A stretch of 64,000 bases of DNA from Candidatus Omnitrophota bacterium (GCA_963805065.1 CAWDSS010000010.1:147696-211695), one strand, 5' to 3'. Counted from the stretch's first letter, positions 53,093 through 63,825 are shown. Notes: a model not told the origin generated them from the letters alone. Numbers and translations are program-made.

Positions 53093-53162
53093 TTTAGCGG
53101 GTCCTGGCAGGGGGCGCCTCTCGCCAAATTTGGCTCGAGGCATCCCCCTGCCACCCGCTAAA
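53093..53162. terminator. long GC-rich inverted repeat with a nested palindrome
   Basis: TTTAGCGGGTCCTGGCAGGGGG...(GCCAAATTTGGC)...CCCCCTGCCACCCGCTAAA between the cysS stop and the tmk start. Confidence 0.5.
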
Positions 53163-53163
53163 T

Positions 53164-54591
53164 TCAAATCTTTTTTCTAATTTTCGTTCCGTCTTCTGTA
53201 TCCTCTACAATAAACCCTTTTTCTTCCAGTTCTCTTCTAATTTTATCGGCTGAAGCAAAATCTTTATTTTTGCGGGCCTGATTTCTTTCTTCTACTTTTA
53301 CTGCTATTTGGTCTTCAATTATGATTTCGTCTTTCAAGACTATACTTAGCACTAAGGATATCCCCAAAATATCTAATAATTCTATTATAGTTGATTTGGC
53401 ACTATAAATAAAATCTAAATCATCTATATTTTTATTAGTTAAGTTTACCAAATCATATACCGCGGCTAACCCTTGCGGAGTGTTAAAATCGTCGTCCATT
53501 GCCAAAATAAATTTATTTTTTATTTCCTCTATTTCTTTGATTTTCTTAGCTCGCGGGTTGGGGCTGATGTCTGAGAGCTTATTTGCTATCTTGTCCATCA
53601 AAATCAAGATTCTTTCTAACGCCTGCTTGGTTTCTTCAATTTTCTCTTCATTATAATCAACGGGATGAGAATAATGCGTAGATAGAAATAACAACTTCAA
53701 AAGATCAGCATTCTCATATTTATCCAGAAAGTTATTTACCGTAATAAAATTCCCTAACGACTTTGCCATTTTTTGGCCGTTGATAGTAAGCAAGCCGTGA
53801 TGAATCCAATAGCGGGCGAATTTTTTACCAGCGCCTTCGGATTGGGCGATTTCGTTTTCATGATGAGGAAATATTAAATCTATTCCTCCGCCGTGTATAT
53901 CAAATTCATCCCCTAAAATATCCGAACTCATTACGGAACATTCAATATGCCAGCCAGGCCTGCCTTTTCCCCAAGGGCTATCCCAGGATGGCTCATTTTC
54001 TTTAGCTGCTTTCCAAACAGCAAAATCCAGAGGGTTATGTTTATTTTCTGTCGGTGCAACCCGCGCACCCGAATCCATATTGTCCAATGACTGATTTGAT
54101 AATTTTCCGTAGTTTTTGGCTTTGGTTATATCAAAATAAACATCTCCTCCGGAAACGTAAGCCGTCTTTCTATCAATCAGGCTTTGGATAAAATTAATCA
54201 TTTTAGGTATATAGTCGCTGGCTTTAGGCTCAATAATCTTATCCTGGCCTATGTCTATCCCTAAGTTATTTAGCGCTTCATGATAAGATTCCAGATACTT
54301 ATCCGCCACTTTTCTAAAGGCGATATTTAAATCTTCATTAGGGAAATCTTTTCTTGCCTTATCAATAATTTTATCGTCCACATCAGTGACATTGCGGACA
54401 AACTGTACCTTATATCCTCTATAAGTAAGATACCGCCTTATGACGTCAAATATATAAGCGCTGCGTGCATGGCCTATATGAGGTTCATCGTAAACCGTGG
54501 GGCCGCAGACATACATTTTGACCTGCGGCTGTTTTAGCGGAATTAATTCTTCTTTTTTTCTGGTCAGGGAATTATATATGTAGATGGGCAT
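53164..54591 (-). CDS. cysS: cysteine--tRNA ligase
   Basis: 475 aa. HIGHARS, KMAKSLGN and WHIECS are present. Confidence 0.95.
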   Translation of the reverse strand: MPIYIYNSLTRKKEELIPLKQPQVKMYVCGPTVYDEPHIGHARSAYIFDVIRRYLTYRGYKVQFVRNVTDVDDKIIDKARKDFPNEDLNIAFRKVADKYLESYHEALNNLGIDIGQDKIIEPKASDYIPKMINFIQSLIDRKTAYVSGGDVYFDITKAKNYGKLSNQSLDNMDSGARVAPTENKHNPLDFAVWKAAKENEPSWDSPWGKGRPGWHIECSVMSSDILGDEFDIHGGGIDLIFPHHENEIAQSEGAGKKFARYWIHHGLLTINGQKMAKSLGNFITVNNFLDKYENADLLKLLFLSTHYSHPVDYNEEKIEETKQALERILILMDKIANKLSDISPNPRAKKIKEIEEIKNKFILAMDDDFNTPQGLAAVYDLVNLTNKNIDDLDFIYSAKSTIIELLDILGISLVLSIVLKDEIIIEDQIAVKVEERNQARKNKDFASADKIRRELEEKGFIVEDTEDGTKIRKKI

Positions 54592-54667
54592 ATATAGCTA
54601 ATAAACTCAAAAGTCAAAAGTAAAAAGTCAAAACTGCATCGTAAAACTTAAAACGCCTTATAGATAT

Positions 54668-55354
54668 TTACGAATCCTTCTTTTCTAAATTATCGATCCT
54701 CTTCTGCAATTCTTCTATCTCGCGCATTATGGGATCAAGCACATGGATATGATCCAGGCTGATATCGATTTTCTTTCCGTCCTGCTTAGTGACTCTTCCG
54801 GGAACACCCACGACAGTAGAATTAGCCGGCACATCTTTGATTACCACTGCATTCGAGCCGATATAAGAATTATCTCCCACGGTAATATTGCCCAGAACTT
54901 TTGCGCCAGTGCCGATTACAACGTTATTGCCTATTGTGGGATGGCGCTTGCCTTTTTCTAATCCGGTACCGCCTAAAGTAACGCCTTGATACAATAACAC
55001 GTCATCCCCGATTACAGAAGTTTCTCCGATTACTACTCCCATGCCGTGGTCGATAAAAAACCTCTTCCCGATTTTTGCGCCGGGATGAATTTCAATTCCT
55101 GTCTGGAACCTGGAAACCTGGCTGATAAGGCGCGCTAAAAAGAATAATTTAAGTTGGTATAAATTGTGGGCTACACGATAGGCTACCAAAGCATGCAGGC
55201 CCTGGTAAAGCAAAACAATTTCCAGAAAACTTTTGGCTGCCGGGTCTTTAGTCTTCGCTGCTTTTATGTCCCCGTAAAAGAATACAGAAATTAACAGGAT
55301 CTTTATAATGAACCATACAACTAGAATTAATAATATATTTATGATTAAGGTCAT
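54668..55354 (-). CDS. cysE: serine O-acetyltransferase
   Basis: 228 aa. [20 protein letters not shown] and hexapeptide repeats ([21 protein letters not shown]) are present. Confidence 0.85.
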   Translation of the reverse strand: MTLIINILLILVVWFIIKILLISVFFYGDIKAAKTKDPAAKSFLEIVLLYQGLHALVAYRVAHNLYQLKLFFLARLISQVSRFQTGIEIHPGAKIGKRFFIDHGMGVVIGETSVIGDDVLLYQGVTLGGTGLEKGKRHPTIGNNVVIGTGAKVLGNITVGDNSYIGSNAVVIKDVPANSTVVGVPGRVTKQDGKKIDISLDHIHVLDPIMREIEELQKRIDNLEKKDS

Positions 55355-55839
55355 TTACTCTCCTCCCTGAATAATAAAGCTGTGGCGTAACAGGCTATTG
55401 CTTCAATCTTACCGATGTCTCCTAAACCTTCAGCTGTTTTAGCTTTTATGCTTATCGAACCTGCTTGGACATTCAAAGCCTGGGCAATTTTTTCCTGCAT
55501 CAGCTTCTTGAACGGAGAAAGCACAGGCTCTTGCGCAATTACTATCGTATCAATATTAGCTATTTTAAAACCTTTTTCTTTTATTAGGCGGCCTACGGCC
55601 TTTAACAGTTCTATGCTTGAGATATCTTGGTATTGCGGATCCTTATCGGAAAAATGCTCTCCTATGTCACAAGATGCTGCTGCTCCCAGCATGGCGTCAC
55701 AGATTGCATGTAATAGCGCATCTGCATCAGAATGCCCCAACAGGCCTTTTATATAAGGAATCTCAACGCCTCCGAGGAACAATTTCCTTCCCTCGGCTAA
55801 ACGATGTATATCGTATCCTATTCCGATTCTATATTGCAT
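55351..55839 (-). CDS. ispF: 2-C-methyl-D-erythritol 2,4-cyclodiphosphate synthase
   Basis: 162 aa. [11 protein letters not shown] and [11 protein letters not shown] are present. Confidence 0.95.
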   Translation of the reverse strand: MQYRIGIGYDIHRLAEGRKLFLGGVEIPYIKGLLGHSDADALLHAICDAMLGAAASCDIGEHFSDKDPQYQDISSIELLKAVGRLIKEKGFKIANIDTIVIAQEPVLSPFKKLMQEKIAQALNVQAGSISIKAKTAEGLGDIGKIEAIACYATALLFREESK

Positions 55840-55847
55840 ATGGAAAT

Positions 55848-55910
55848 AAAGGGGACGTTTCTATTTTTTCTGCTGATTGGGAAACGCTAAAAATAGAAAC
55901 GTCCCCTTTT
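55848..55910. repeat. palindromic intergenic element, copy 2 of 3
   Basis: AAAGGGGACGTTTCTATTTTTT-ctgctgattgggaaacgct-AAAAATAGAAACGTCCCCTTTT between ispF and ispD. Confidence 0.8.
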
Positions 55911-55929
55911 ATTTTACATTTGAATCTTA

Positions 55930-56634
55930 TCATTTGTCATTAATTTTAGAGATTGCTTTTGCGATAACCAAGTCCTCGGGCGTAGTTATTTTTATATTCT
56001 TGCATGAACCCGGGACTATGCTGACATTAGCCCCGAATTTTTCTACCAGCATGGCATCATCAGTAACATCGGTATTACCGAATTTAGCAAAGGCTTTTAA
56101 GAGCAGCTGTCTTTTAAAAACCTGCGGCGTCTGAATCTCCCAGAGATCATTTCTATTTAGCGTTTCTTTTACTATGAATTTACTTTTTCCTTTTGGCTTT
56201 TTCCTTTTAACTTTTTTTATCGTAGCCTTAACCGGCACCCCCACGATAGCTGCGCCAACTTTCTTTGCTTCTTTTATAACTGCACTTATTGTATCCTTTG
56301 CTATAAAAGGCCTTGCTGCATCATGAATCAATACCAGATCCGTTTGTTCGTTTAATGCTCCGAGGCCGTTTAATACCGAATCCTGCCGTCTCCTTCCGCC
56401 TTCAACAATCTTACGGATTTTAGGCAGGCGGTATTTTTCAATTACATTAAATATACGACGAGAATTCTTCGCATTAACGACCAGGATAATCTCATCAATC
56501 AAAGGGTGCCTGTTAAATGCCAACAGGCTGTAAATTAAAATCGGCTGGGAATTTATCTTGGCAAGTACTTTTGGAACCTTTGAACTGAAACGTAAACCCT
56601 CTCCTGCTGCCAGAACAATCGCACTAATCTGCAT
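55930..56634 (-). CDS. ispD: 2-C-methyl-D-erythritol 4-phosphate cytidylyltransferase
   Basis: 234 aa. AIVLAAGEGLRF and VLIHDAARPF are present. Confidence 0.9.
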   Translation of the reverse strand: MQISAIVLAAGEGLRFSSKVPKVLAKINSQPILIYSLLAFNRHPLIDEIILVVNAKNSRRIFNVIEKYRLPKIRKIVEGGRRRQDSVLNGLGALNEQTDLVLIHDAARPFIAKDTISAVIKEAKKVGAAIVGVPVKATIKKVKRKKPKGKSKFIVKETLNRNDLWEIQTPQVFKRQLLLKAFAKFGNTDVTDDAMLVEKFGANVSIVPGSCKNIKITTPEDLVIAKAISKINDK

Positions 56635-56638
56635 AGCT

Positions 56639-57619
56639 TCACTTTTCTAATTTAGTAAAAATCATCCTCCCTGCCTGCGTCTGTAAAACAGAAGTAACTA
56701 CAACTTTAACATCCTGGCCGATAAGACGGCGCGCATCCTCGACCACAACCATCGTGCCGTCTTCTAAATACCCTATCGCCTGATTATGTTCTTTTCCTTC
56801 TTTGATTAATTTTATCTGCATTTGTTCGCCGGGGAATACCACGGCTTTGATAGCATTTGCCAGCTCATTGATATTCAAGACCCTGATACCCTGGATACTT
56901 GCGATACGGTTAAGATTAAAATCCACGGTCAATACCTTGGCAGCTAATAATTTCCCCAATTTTACGAGCTTAGAATCCACTTCGGGAATTTCAGGGAAAT
57001 CCTCTTCAGATATTGATACATCCAGCCCCGATTCTTTCTGTATGGTATGCAGCATTTCTAAGCCGCGCCTGCCTCTTTGACGTTTTATGGGATCGGTAGA
57101 ATCCGCTATCTGTTGTAATTCTTTCAATACAAACCTGGGAATTACGATTTTACCGCTTAAGAATTTTGTCTTAAGGATATCTACTATTCTTCCGTCGATG
57201 ATAACGCTTGTATCCAGAAGCGCGATATCTTCTCCCTGATCTTGCCTGCGCAGCCTCACGTAAGGAATAATGACGTTAAATTCGTCTTTTCCGCGTAAGC
57301 CGATAATCATTCCTAAATAACAAAAAACAAGAGTAAGGGTAACTTTCAAGATAGACAATGTCTCCGGTGCTATGGGAGCCAGGCTGAATGAATCGGTGAC
57401 CAGCTTAGACATAATTAAGCCTAATATAAGTCCGAATACCGTGCTTGAAAGACCCGTTACAGAAACCTTACGCATACCTACTTCCAGCATGATAATTATT
57501 AAACACACTGCCAGCCCAATAACAGCTCCCAAGATTCCTGAGCCCCTAGGTTCAAGCGTTTGAAAACCGATAATCATGCTAAACACCGCAAACAAGATGC
57601 GCACAGACAATATGTTCAT
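56639..57619 (-). CDS. membrane-anchored PIN/TRAM domain protein (YacL-like)
   Basis: 326 aa. N-terminal TM helices are followed by a PIN-like core ([12 protein letters not shown]) and a C-terminal TRAM-like beta domain. It sits between radA and ispD as in Firmicutes. Confidence 0.65.
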   Translation of the reverse strand: MNILSVRILFAVFSMIIGFQTLEPRGSGILGAVIGLAVCLIIIMLEVGMRKVSVTGLSSTVFGLILGLIMSKLVTDSFSLAPIAPETLSILKVTLTLVFCYLGMIIGLRGKDEFNVIIPYVRLRRQDQGEDIALLDTSVIIDGRIVDILKTKFLSGKIVIPRFVLKELQQIADSTDPIKRQRGRRGLEMLHTIQKESGLDVSISEEDFPEIPEVDSKLVKLGKLLAAKVLTVDFNLNRIASIQGIRVLNINELANAIKAVVFPGEQMQIKLIKEGKEHNQAIGYLEDGTMVVVEDARRLIGQDVKVVVTSVLQTQAGRMIFTKLEK

Positions 57620-57623
57620 ATAA

Positions 57624-58997
57624 TTACCTCCTTACTAATAATACGTCCAGTGCCTCTTTTAAAGTCTGAACAGGGATTAATTCAATTGATCCTTTTTTTA
57701 AATTCAGGTTACGGAAATTGTTTTTCGGTAATATGCATTGTTTAAATCCTAACTTTTCTGCCTCATTTATACGTAGCGTTGCCTGGGAAATACTCCTGAT
57801 TTCTCCGGCTAAACCGATTTCACCTAAAACCACAGCCTCTGGCAAAATCATCTGCTCCCTAAAAGCAGATGCCACGGCAACGGCAACGGCTAAATCCGCA
57901 GTGGGATCTTCTACCTTTATTCCTCCGGCAACATTAACAAAAATATCCTCTGCCTCAAGATGTAATCCTATTCTTTTCTCTAAGACCGCAATTAACAAGG
58001 CTAGCCTGTTAGAATCAAACCCCTGCGCGCGCCTTCTGGCATATCCAAAGCTGGATTTACTTACCAACGCCTGTATTTCTACAAGTAAAGGCCTTGAGCC
58101 TTCTAATATTGACACAACCACCGAACCGGAAACTTCCTTAGGCCTTTCTGAGAGAAAAATTTGCGAAGGATTTTTAACTTCCATAAGGCCAGCTGAACTC
58201 ATTTCAAATACGCCAATCTCATTCGTTGAACCAAACCTGTTTTTTACTGCGCGTAAAATTCTGTATATCGAGAACCTGTCTCCCTCAAAATAAAGCACAG
58301 TATCAACTATGTGCTCTAATACCCTGGGCCCCGCAAGAGTGCCTTCTTTAGTTACGTGGCCTATAATAAAAATAGATATCCCGCAAGTCTTGGCCAATTG
58401 CGTAAGAATCCCGGCGCATTCCCTTACCTGGCTAACGCTGCCGGGAGAAGAACTTATAGTCGGCTCGAATATCACCTGGATGGAATCAATAATAACGACT
58501 TGCGGGTTGATTTTTTTTATATATTCCACGATTAAAGATAAATCCGTCTGATTCACTATGTATAGTTTTCCTGAATCAGGCGAACCCAGCCGCTTTGCCC
58601 TTAACTTTGTCTGTGCAACCGACTCTTCTCCGCTTACATAGAGCACCGTAGTTCCTTGTTGAGTCAGTCGGTCAGAAACCTGTAAAGATACCGTAGACTT
58701 ACCTACCCCGGGGTCTCCGCCAATCAATACCACTGAACCCGGAACTATTCCCCCGCCTAATACCCGGTCAAGTTCAGCTATATCTGTCTTAAGCCTGATT
58801 TGGTCTTTAATGTCTACGTCTTTAAGCAAAACCGGTTCCTGCCTATATAATGCAGCCCTCTCCCTCGGTTTTGCTACAGGAGCAGAGTAGTCTTCCTCAA
58901 CAAAAGAATTCCAACTGTTACAGTCAGGACACCTGCCCAGCCATTTGGGCGATTGGTATCCGCAATTCTGACAGCTGAATATTGTTCTTGTTCTCAT
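57624..58997 (-). CDS. radA: DNA repair protein RadA
   Basis: 457 aa. An N-terminal Zn ribbon (CQNCGY...CPDCNSW), Walker A ([10 protein letters not shown]), KNRFG and a Lon-like C-terminal domain are present. Confidence 0.95.
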   Translation of the reverse strand: MRTRTIFSCQNCGYQSPKWLGRCPDCNSWNSFVEEDYSAPVAKPRERAALYRQEPVLLKDVDIKDQIRLKTDIAELDRVLGGGIVPGSVVLIGGDPGVGKSTVSLQVSDRLTQQGTTVLYVSGEESVAQTKLRAKRLGSPDSGKLYIVNQTDLSLIVEYIKKINPQVVIIDSIQVIFEPTISSSPGSVSQVRECAGILTQLAKTCGISIFIIGHVTKEGTLAGPRVLEHIVDTVLYFEGDRFSIYRILRAVKNRFGSTNEIGVFEMSSAGLMEVKNPSQIFLSERPKEVSGSVVVSILEGSRPLLVEIQALVSKSSFGYARRRAQGFDSNRLALLIAVLEKRIGLHLEAEDIFVNVAGGIKVEDPTADLAVAVAVASAFREQMILPEAVVLGEIGLAGEIRSISQATLRINEAEKLGFKQCILPKNNFRNLNLKKGSIELIPVQTLKEALDVLLVRR

Positions 58998-59045
58998 ATC
59001 AGATTCTGTGTAACGTTTAATGTGTAATGTGTAACGTGGGTGAAG

Positions 59046-59108
59046 AAAAGGGGACGTTTCTATCTTTCTTCTAATTAGGAAACGTTAAAAATAGAAACGT
59101 CCCCTTTT
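59046..59108. repeat. palindromic intergenic element, copy 3 of 3, nested inside a larger imperfect inverted repeat (59007-59164)
   Basis: AAAAGGGGACGTTTCTAT-ctttcttctaattaggaaacgttaaaa-ATAGAAACGTCCCCTTTT is flanked by TGTGTAA(C/T)G-word arms. Confidence 0.8.
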
Positions 59109-59167
59109 CTTTACTTTATTTTGCGTTACACTGGCATTGCACATTACACTTTACACATTACACAATT

Positions 59168-59773
59168 TTATTTAGTTTTCCAGAATAACTTCCAGGGATG
59201 CTTTCGAACGTCTGTTACCAGGGCGTCCAGCTCATTATAAATTTTATCGTCGTAAAGGAGTTTTCCTATGGTGCCTTCCTTGTTTTTTACCCTGAGGATA
59301 CTGTCATTTACATTGTTGATTATATCCTCAACCGACTTTACTAATTCATTCATCGGTATAGGATCTACGCCTGTTAATTCCTGGTTAGGCAAAAGGCACT
59401 TGCTGTAATCTTTGCCCGGCATAATTTCAATATATTTTTCCCCTAATAGCCCTAATGTATTAACCCATACCGTAGAATCAAGCGGGATTTTCACATTATT
59501 CTTAATCCAACAGGCAATCTTGATTTTGGTTTTTTGTTCCTGGGGGCTAAAAACTAGATCAATATCTTTCACCTCTCCTATGTCCACCCCCGCAAACCTT
59601 ACCGGAGCGCCGTATTTTACCCCGTTTACAAAATTAAACACCAAATTAATCTGATGGCGCGAAGTCCAGGTCTTAAAATTACCTATTGAAAGAATAGCCG
59701 ACGCCAGGATGACCAGGCCCACAAGAACAAATATGCCAACTTTCATTTCCATTTTAGTTTTTCCGAATATCAT
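59168..59773 (-). CDS. mlaD: MCE/MlaD family lipid-transport protein
   Basis: 201 aa. An N-terminal TM helix and an MCE core (GAPVRFAGVDIGEVKDI) are present. It is adjacent to mlaF and mlaE. Confidence 0.75.
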   Translation of the reverse strand: MIFGKTKMEMKVGIFVLVGLVILASAILSIGNFKTWTSRHQINLVFNFVNGVKYGAPVRFAGVDIGEVKDIDLVFSPQEQKTKIKIACWIKNNVKIPLDSTVWVNTLGLLGEKYIEIMPGKDYSKCLLPNQELTGVDPIPMNELVKSVEDIINNVNDSILRVKNKEGTIGKLLYDDKIYNELDALVTDVRKHPWKLFWKTK

Positions 59774-59845
59774 TTTCTTGCCTCCGTATTTTTACTTTTT
59801 ACTTTTGGCTTTTTACTTTTAACTTTTTGCTTTTTACTTTTAACT

Positions 59846-60607
59846 TTACCTGAACCTCTCCAGCGTCTCTGTAATCGGCCCCTTGGCCAAACCGTTTATG
59901 AACTGATAAACCACAGGATGTTTAGTATTTTGAATTTCCTCAGGGGTACCTTCCGAAATAATTTTGCCCTGATACATCATGGCTATTTTGTCCGCTATTT
60001 TATACGCACTCCTCATGTCATGCGTCACTACTACTGAGGTAACTTTTAATTTATCATGAAGATTTTTTATAAGTTCGTTAATGCTGTCTGCCGTAATCGG
60101 GTCAATACCGGTTGTCGGCTCATCATAAAGTATAATCTCTGGCTTCATGCATATTGCACGGGCTAATGCCACGCGCTTTTTCATGCCTCCGCTTAATTCA
60201 GAAGGCATTAAATTTCCTATTCCGCATAACCCCACCAGGCACAAAGCTTCTTCTGTCCTCTCCAGCAGTTCCTTTTGAGGAAAATGGTTATGCTCAATAA
60301 GGCTAAACCCTACATTTTCAGCCACGGTCATGGAATCAAAAAGCGCCCCACCCTGAAAAACCATGCTGATTTTCATGCGCAATGTATTTAGCTCTTCTTC
60401 ATTAAGCTTGGCAACGTCTTGCCCCTCAATAATGATTTTACCTTTTTCAGGTTTAAATAAGCCGATTATATGCTTTAAAAGCACCGACTTCCCGCAGCCG
60501 GAGCGGCCGATAATAACGCAGGTAGAGCCCGTCTCTATGTTAAGGCTTAAGGAATCCAAAACTTTGTGGTTGCTGAAAGATTTGCTTACGTGTTTTATTT
60601 CTATCAT
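59846..60607 (-). CDS. mlaF: ABC transporter ATP-binding protein (MlaF-like)
   Basis: 253 aa. Walker A (GRSGCGKS), signature (LSGGMKKR) and Walker B (ILYDEP) are present. Confidence 0.85.
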   Translation of the reverse strand: MIEIKHVSKSFSNHKVLDSLSLNIETGSTCVIIGRSGCGKSVLLKHIIGLFKPEKGKIIIEGQDVAKLNEEELNTLRMKISMVFQGGALFDSMTVAENVGFSLIEHNHFPQKELLERTEEALCLVGLCGIGNLMPSELSGGMKKRVALARAICMKPEIILYDEPTTGIDPITADSINELIKNLHDKLKVTSVVVTHDMRSAYKIADKIAMMYQGKIISEGTPEEIQNTKHPVVYQFINGLAKGPITETLERFR

Positions 60608-60611
60608 TTCG

Positions 60612-61397
60612 CTACGGGAATATAAAGTAAAATAGTGCCGTAAAGAAACAGTCGGCAGCTAAAATCAAAACAAAGGTTATAACCACTGAGCGCGTGGTTG
60701 CCCGCCCTACTCCCTCTGCTCCGCCTTCTACGTTAAATCCTTCGTAACAACTTACAAAAGCAATAATCATACCGAAAAATACTGTTTTAAACAGACCGGT
60801 AAATAAATCCTTAAACAAAAGCGCACTGAAAGTAACCTGCCTGTACATACTGGAAGTTATCCCTAATTTTAATACGCAAATAAGATAGCTGCCGAATATC
60901 CCTATTGCATTTGCATACACAGTTAATATGGGAAGCATTATGCTTAACGCTACAAACCTTGGCACAACCAGGTATTTTATAGGATTTGTGGCAAGTGTTT
61001 CTAAGGCATCGATTTGTTCTGTTACCTGCATTGAGCCTAATTCAGCAGTAATGGACGCCCCTACTCTTCCTGCTACTACCAAGGCAGTAATAACCGGACC
61101 CAATTCTCTGACCAAGGAGAGTGCAACCATACTGGCAATATACATCTCAGAACCTATACGCTGCATGAAATAGGCTGTCTGCAGGGCAAAGATAAAACCG
61201 ATGAATAGTGCTACCAGCGAAACTATGGGGAAGCTGTCGAAGCCCGCCTTCTTTGCCTGCTCTATGATGCGGTCCTTTTGATAGGGCGGTACAAAAGTCA
61301 AATAAATTGTCTGAGCAGCTAAAACAGTCAAACCGCCCAGAAAATAATAGAATGCTAAAACCTTTTTGCCTAAATTAATAAAGAATTGGTTAATCAT
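60612..61397 (-). CDS. mlaE: MlaE family ABC permease
   Basis: 261 aa polytopic protein with an MlaE-like EQIDALE motif (VTEQIDALETLA). Confidence 0.8.
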   Translation of the reverse strand: MINQFFINLGKKVLAFYYFLGGLTVLAAQTIYLTFVPPYQKDRIIEQAKKAGFDSFPIVSLVALFIGFIFALQTAYFMQRIGSEMYIASMVALSLVRELGPVITALVVAGRVGASITAELGSMQVTEQIDALETLATNPIKYLVVPRFVALSIMLPILTVYANAIGIFGSYLICVLKLGITSSMYRQVTFSALLFKDLFTGLFKTVFFGMIIAFVSCYEGFNVEGGAEGVGRATTRSVVITFVLILAADCFFTALFYFIFP

Positions 61398-63816
61398 GTC
61401 TCAAACACCAGCTCGTTATTTTTACTTGAGACTCTTACTACCGAACCCTCTTTAAACCGCTTGGAAATAATTTCCTGGGCAAGGGGGTCTTCTAAGAATC
61501 TTTGTATTGTCCTCTTCAGGGGCCTGGCGCCAAAAATCGGGTCAAAGCCTTTTTCAATGAGAAAATCCTTTGCTTCCTGATTGATTTCCAGGATTATGTT
61601 TTGCTCTTTAAGCCTCTCAGCCACAAAACCCATCTCAATATCGATAATTCTAACCAAATCTTCCTTAAGTAAGTGGCGGAAAACTATGATATCGTCTATG
61701 CGGTTTAAAAATTCGGGCTTAAACGTACGCTTCACTTCTTCCAAAAGCTTATCTTTCATATCCTGGTAAGTAATTTCTTCTTTTTGGGTTTTAAAACCCA
61801 GGGAGCCGGTTTTACGTATTAATTCCGCACCCACGTTAGAAGTCATGATAATAATGGTATTGCGGAAATCCACTTTTCTTCCGAAGCTATCGGTCAGGCG
61901 GCCTTCTTCAAATACCTGGAGCAACAAATTAAACACATCAGGATGGGCTTTTTCAATTTCATCCAATAGAATTACAGCGTAAGGCCTGCGTCTTACTCTT
62001 TCAGTAAGTTGTCCGCCTTCTTCGTAACCCACGTAACCCGGAGGAGCGCCGATGAGGCGGGAAACATTAAACTTCTCCATGTATTCAGACATATCCAGCT
62101 GCAAAAGCGCGTCTTCATCCCCGAACATAAACTCAGCCAAGGCCCTGGCAAGCAGCGTTTTTCCAACGCCTGTTGGCCCTAAGAATACAAATGAACCTAT
62201 CGGCCTTTTGGGATCTTTGATGCCTGCGCGCGAACGCCTGACTGCATGCGCGATTGCTTCAATTGCCTCATTCTGCCCGACTACACGCCTATGTAATTCA
62301 TCTTCTATTTTTAATAATTTCTCACTTTCTTTTTCTTCCAGGCGAAATATGGGTATCCCTGTCCACTGTGCAACAATCTTGGCTATGTCTTCTTCCGTTA
62401 CTTCCGGGCGCATCTTATCTTTTGCCTGCGACCATTCGCGGTTTAACTGCTCCAATTCCTGGCGCGCAATCCTTTCCTGGTCCCTTAAGGAAGCTGCCTT
62501 CTCAAAATCCTGGGATTTAATGAATGCCTCTTTTTCTTTTCTTAACGACTCGACCCTTCTCTTCAAGCTTTTTGATGTCAGGCGGGACGATTAAAACATT
62601 TAAGCGCGCGCGCGAACCTGCCTCATCAATTAAATCAATTGCCTTATCCGGAAGGAACCTTCCGGAAATATACCTGTCGGATAATTTTGCCGCAGCCTCC
62701 AGCGCATCGTCGCGAAAAGTCACCCGATGATGCGCCTCGTATTTATCGCGCAAACCCTTTAATATTTCAATGGTCTGGTCCACTGACGGTGGCTCAACCA
62801 TAATTGTCTGGAACCTGCGCTCTAATGCCGCGTCTTTTTCGATATATTTCCTATATTCATCCATGGTGGTGGCGCCAATGCACTGCATCTCTCCGCGCGA
62901 AAGAGCAGGCTTTAAAATATTAGAGGCATCAATTGCGCCTTCAGCCGCTCCTGCGCCTACCAAGCGTATGCAGCTCATCAATAAAAATGATTACGTCCTG
63001 CGAACGCTTTATCTCTTCCATCACCGCTTTAATTCTTTCTTCAAACTGGCCGCGGTATTTTGTGCCGGCGACCATCAAAGCCAGATCTAAAACAATCATA
63101 CGCTTGCCTCTTAAAATTTCAGGCACATTTCCGGCGATAATCTGCCTGAGCCAGGCCCTCGACAATAGCGGTCTTTCCCACTCCTGCTTCGCCTAATAAC
63201 ACCGGATTATTTTTTGTGCGCCGGCTTAAGTATCTGGATAACTCTTTCAATTTCCTGCGATCTGTCGATTACCGGATCAAGTTTATTTTCTTTGGCTAAC
63301 ATCGTAAGGTCGCGGCCAAAAGCATCCAGTGCCGGAGTCTTAGTCTTAGCCTGCTGGCCCTGATTCATGCCCTGGCAATGCCGAACCTAAAAGTTCCATT
63401 ACTTCATTTCTTACCGTGTTTAAATCCATTCCCAAATTCAACAATACCTGTGAAGCAATGCCTTCGCCTTCACGGATAAGCCCTAATAACAGATGCTCGG
63501 TGCCGATATAATTATGGCCCAGAGACCGCGCCTCTTCGGCAGCAAGTTCCAGCGTCTTTTTTGCCCGCGGAGTAAAAGGGATATCTCCGATAATCTGAGT
63601 TGTGGGCCCGGGCTGAACTAATTTTTCTATTTCAAGGCGGATATTTTCCAAAGATACGCCCATCTTTTGCAACACCGCAGCTGCCACGCCTTCGCCTTCA
63701 CGGATAAGCCCGAGAAGTATATGCTCTGTTCCGATATAATCATGATTAAAACGCCTTGCTTCTTCCTTCGCCAGTATGATTACTTTTCTCGCTCTTTCTG
63801 TAAACCTGTTAAACAT
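61394..63816 (-). pseudogene. clpC: ClpC-type AAA+ chaperone interrupted by five frameshifts
   Basis: The pieces in order are the Clp_N repeats (63816-63346), [16 protein letters not shown]..., [20 protein letters not shown] (Walker A), [10 protein letters not shown]..., [14 protein letters not shown]... and an intact UVR plus D2 (61394-62566). Frame changes lie near 63348, 63229, 63146, 62969 and 62551. Confidence 0.8.
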
Positions 63817-63825
63817 GATACCTCC

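Noticed and set aside
46199-59108. The three near-identical ~62-bp palindromes were considered as possible CRISPR repeats.
   Set aside because: The copies are single and lie 3-10 kb apart in separate intergenic regions. There are no regularly spaced spacers and no cas genes, so they are dispersed palindromic elements and not an array.
62540-63360. Programmed ribosomal frameshifting was considered as an explanation for the split clpC.
   Set aside because: There are five separate sites with no shared slippery heptamer or stimulatory structure. Assembly error or pseudogenisation is far more parsimonious.
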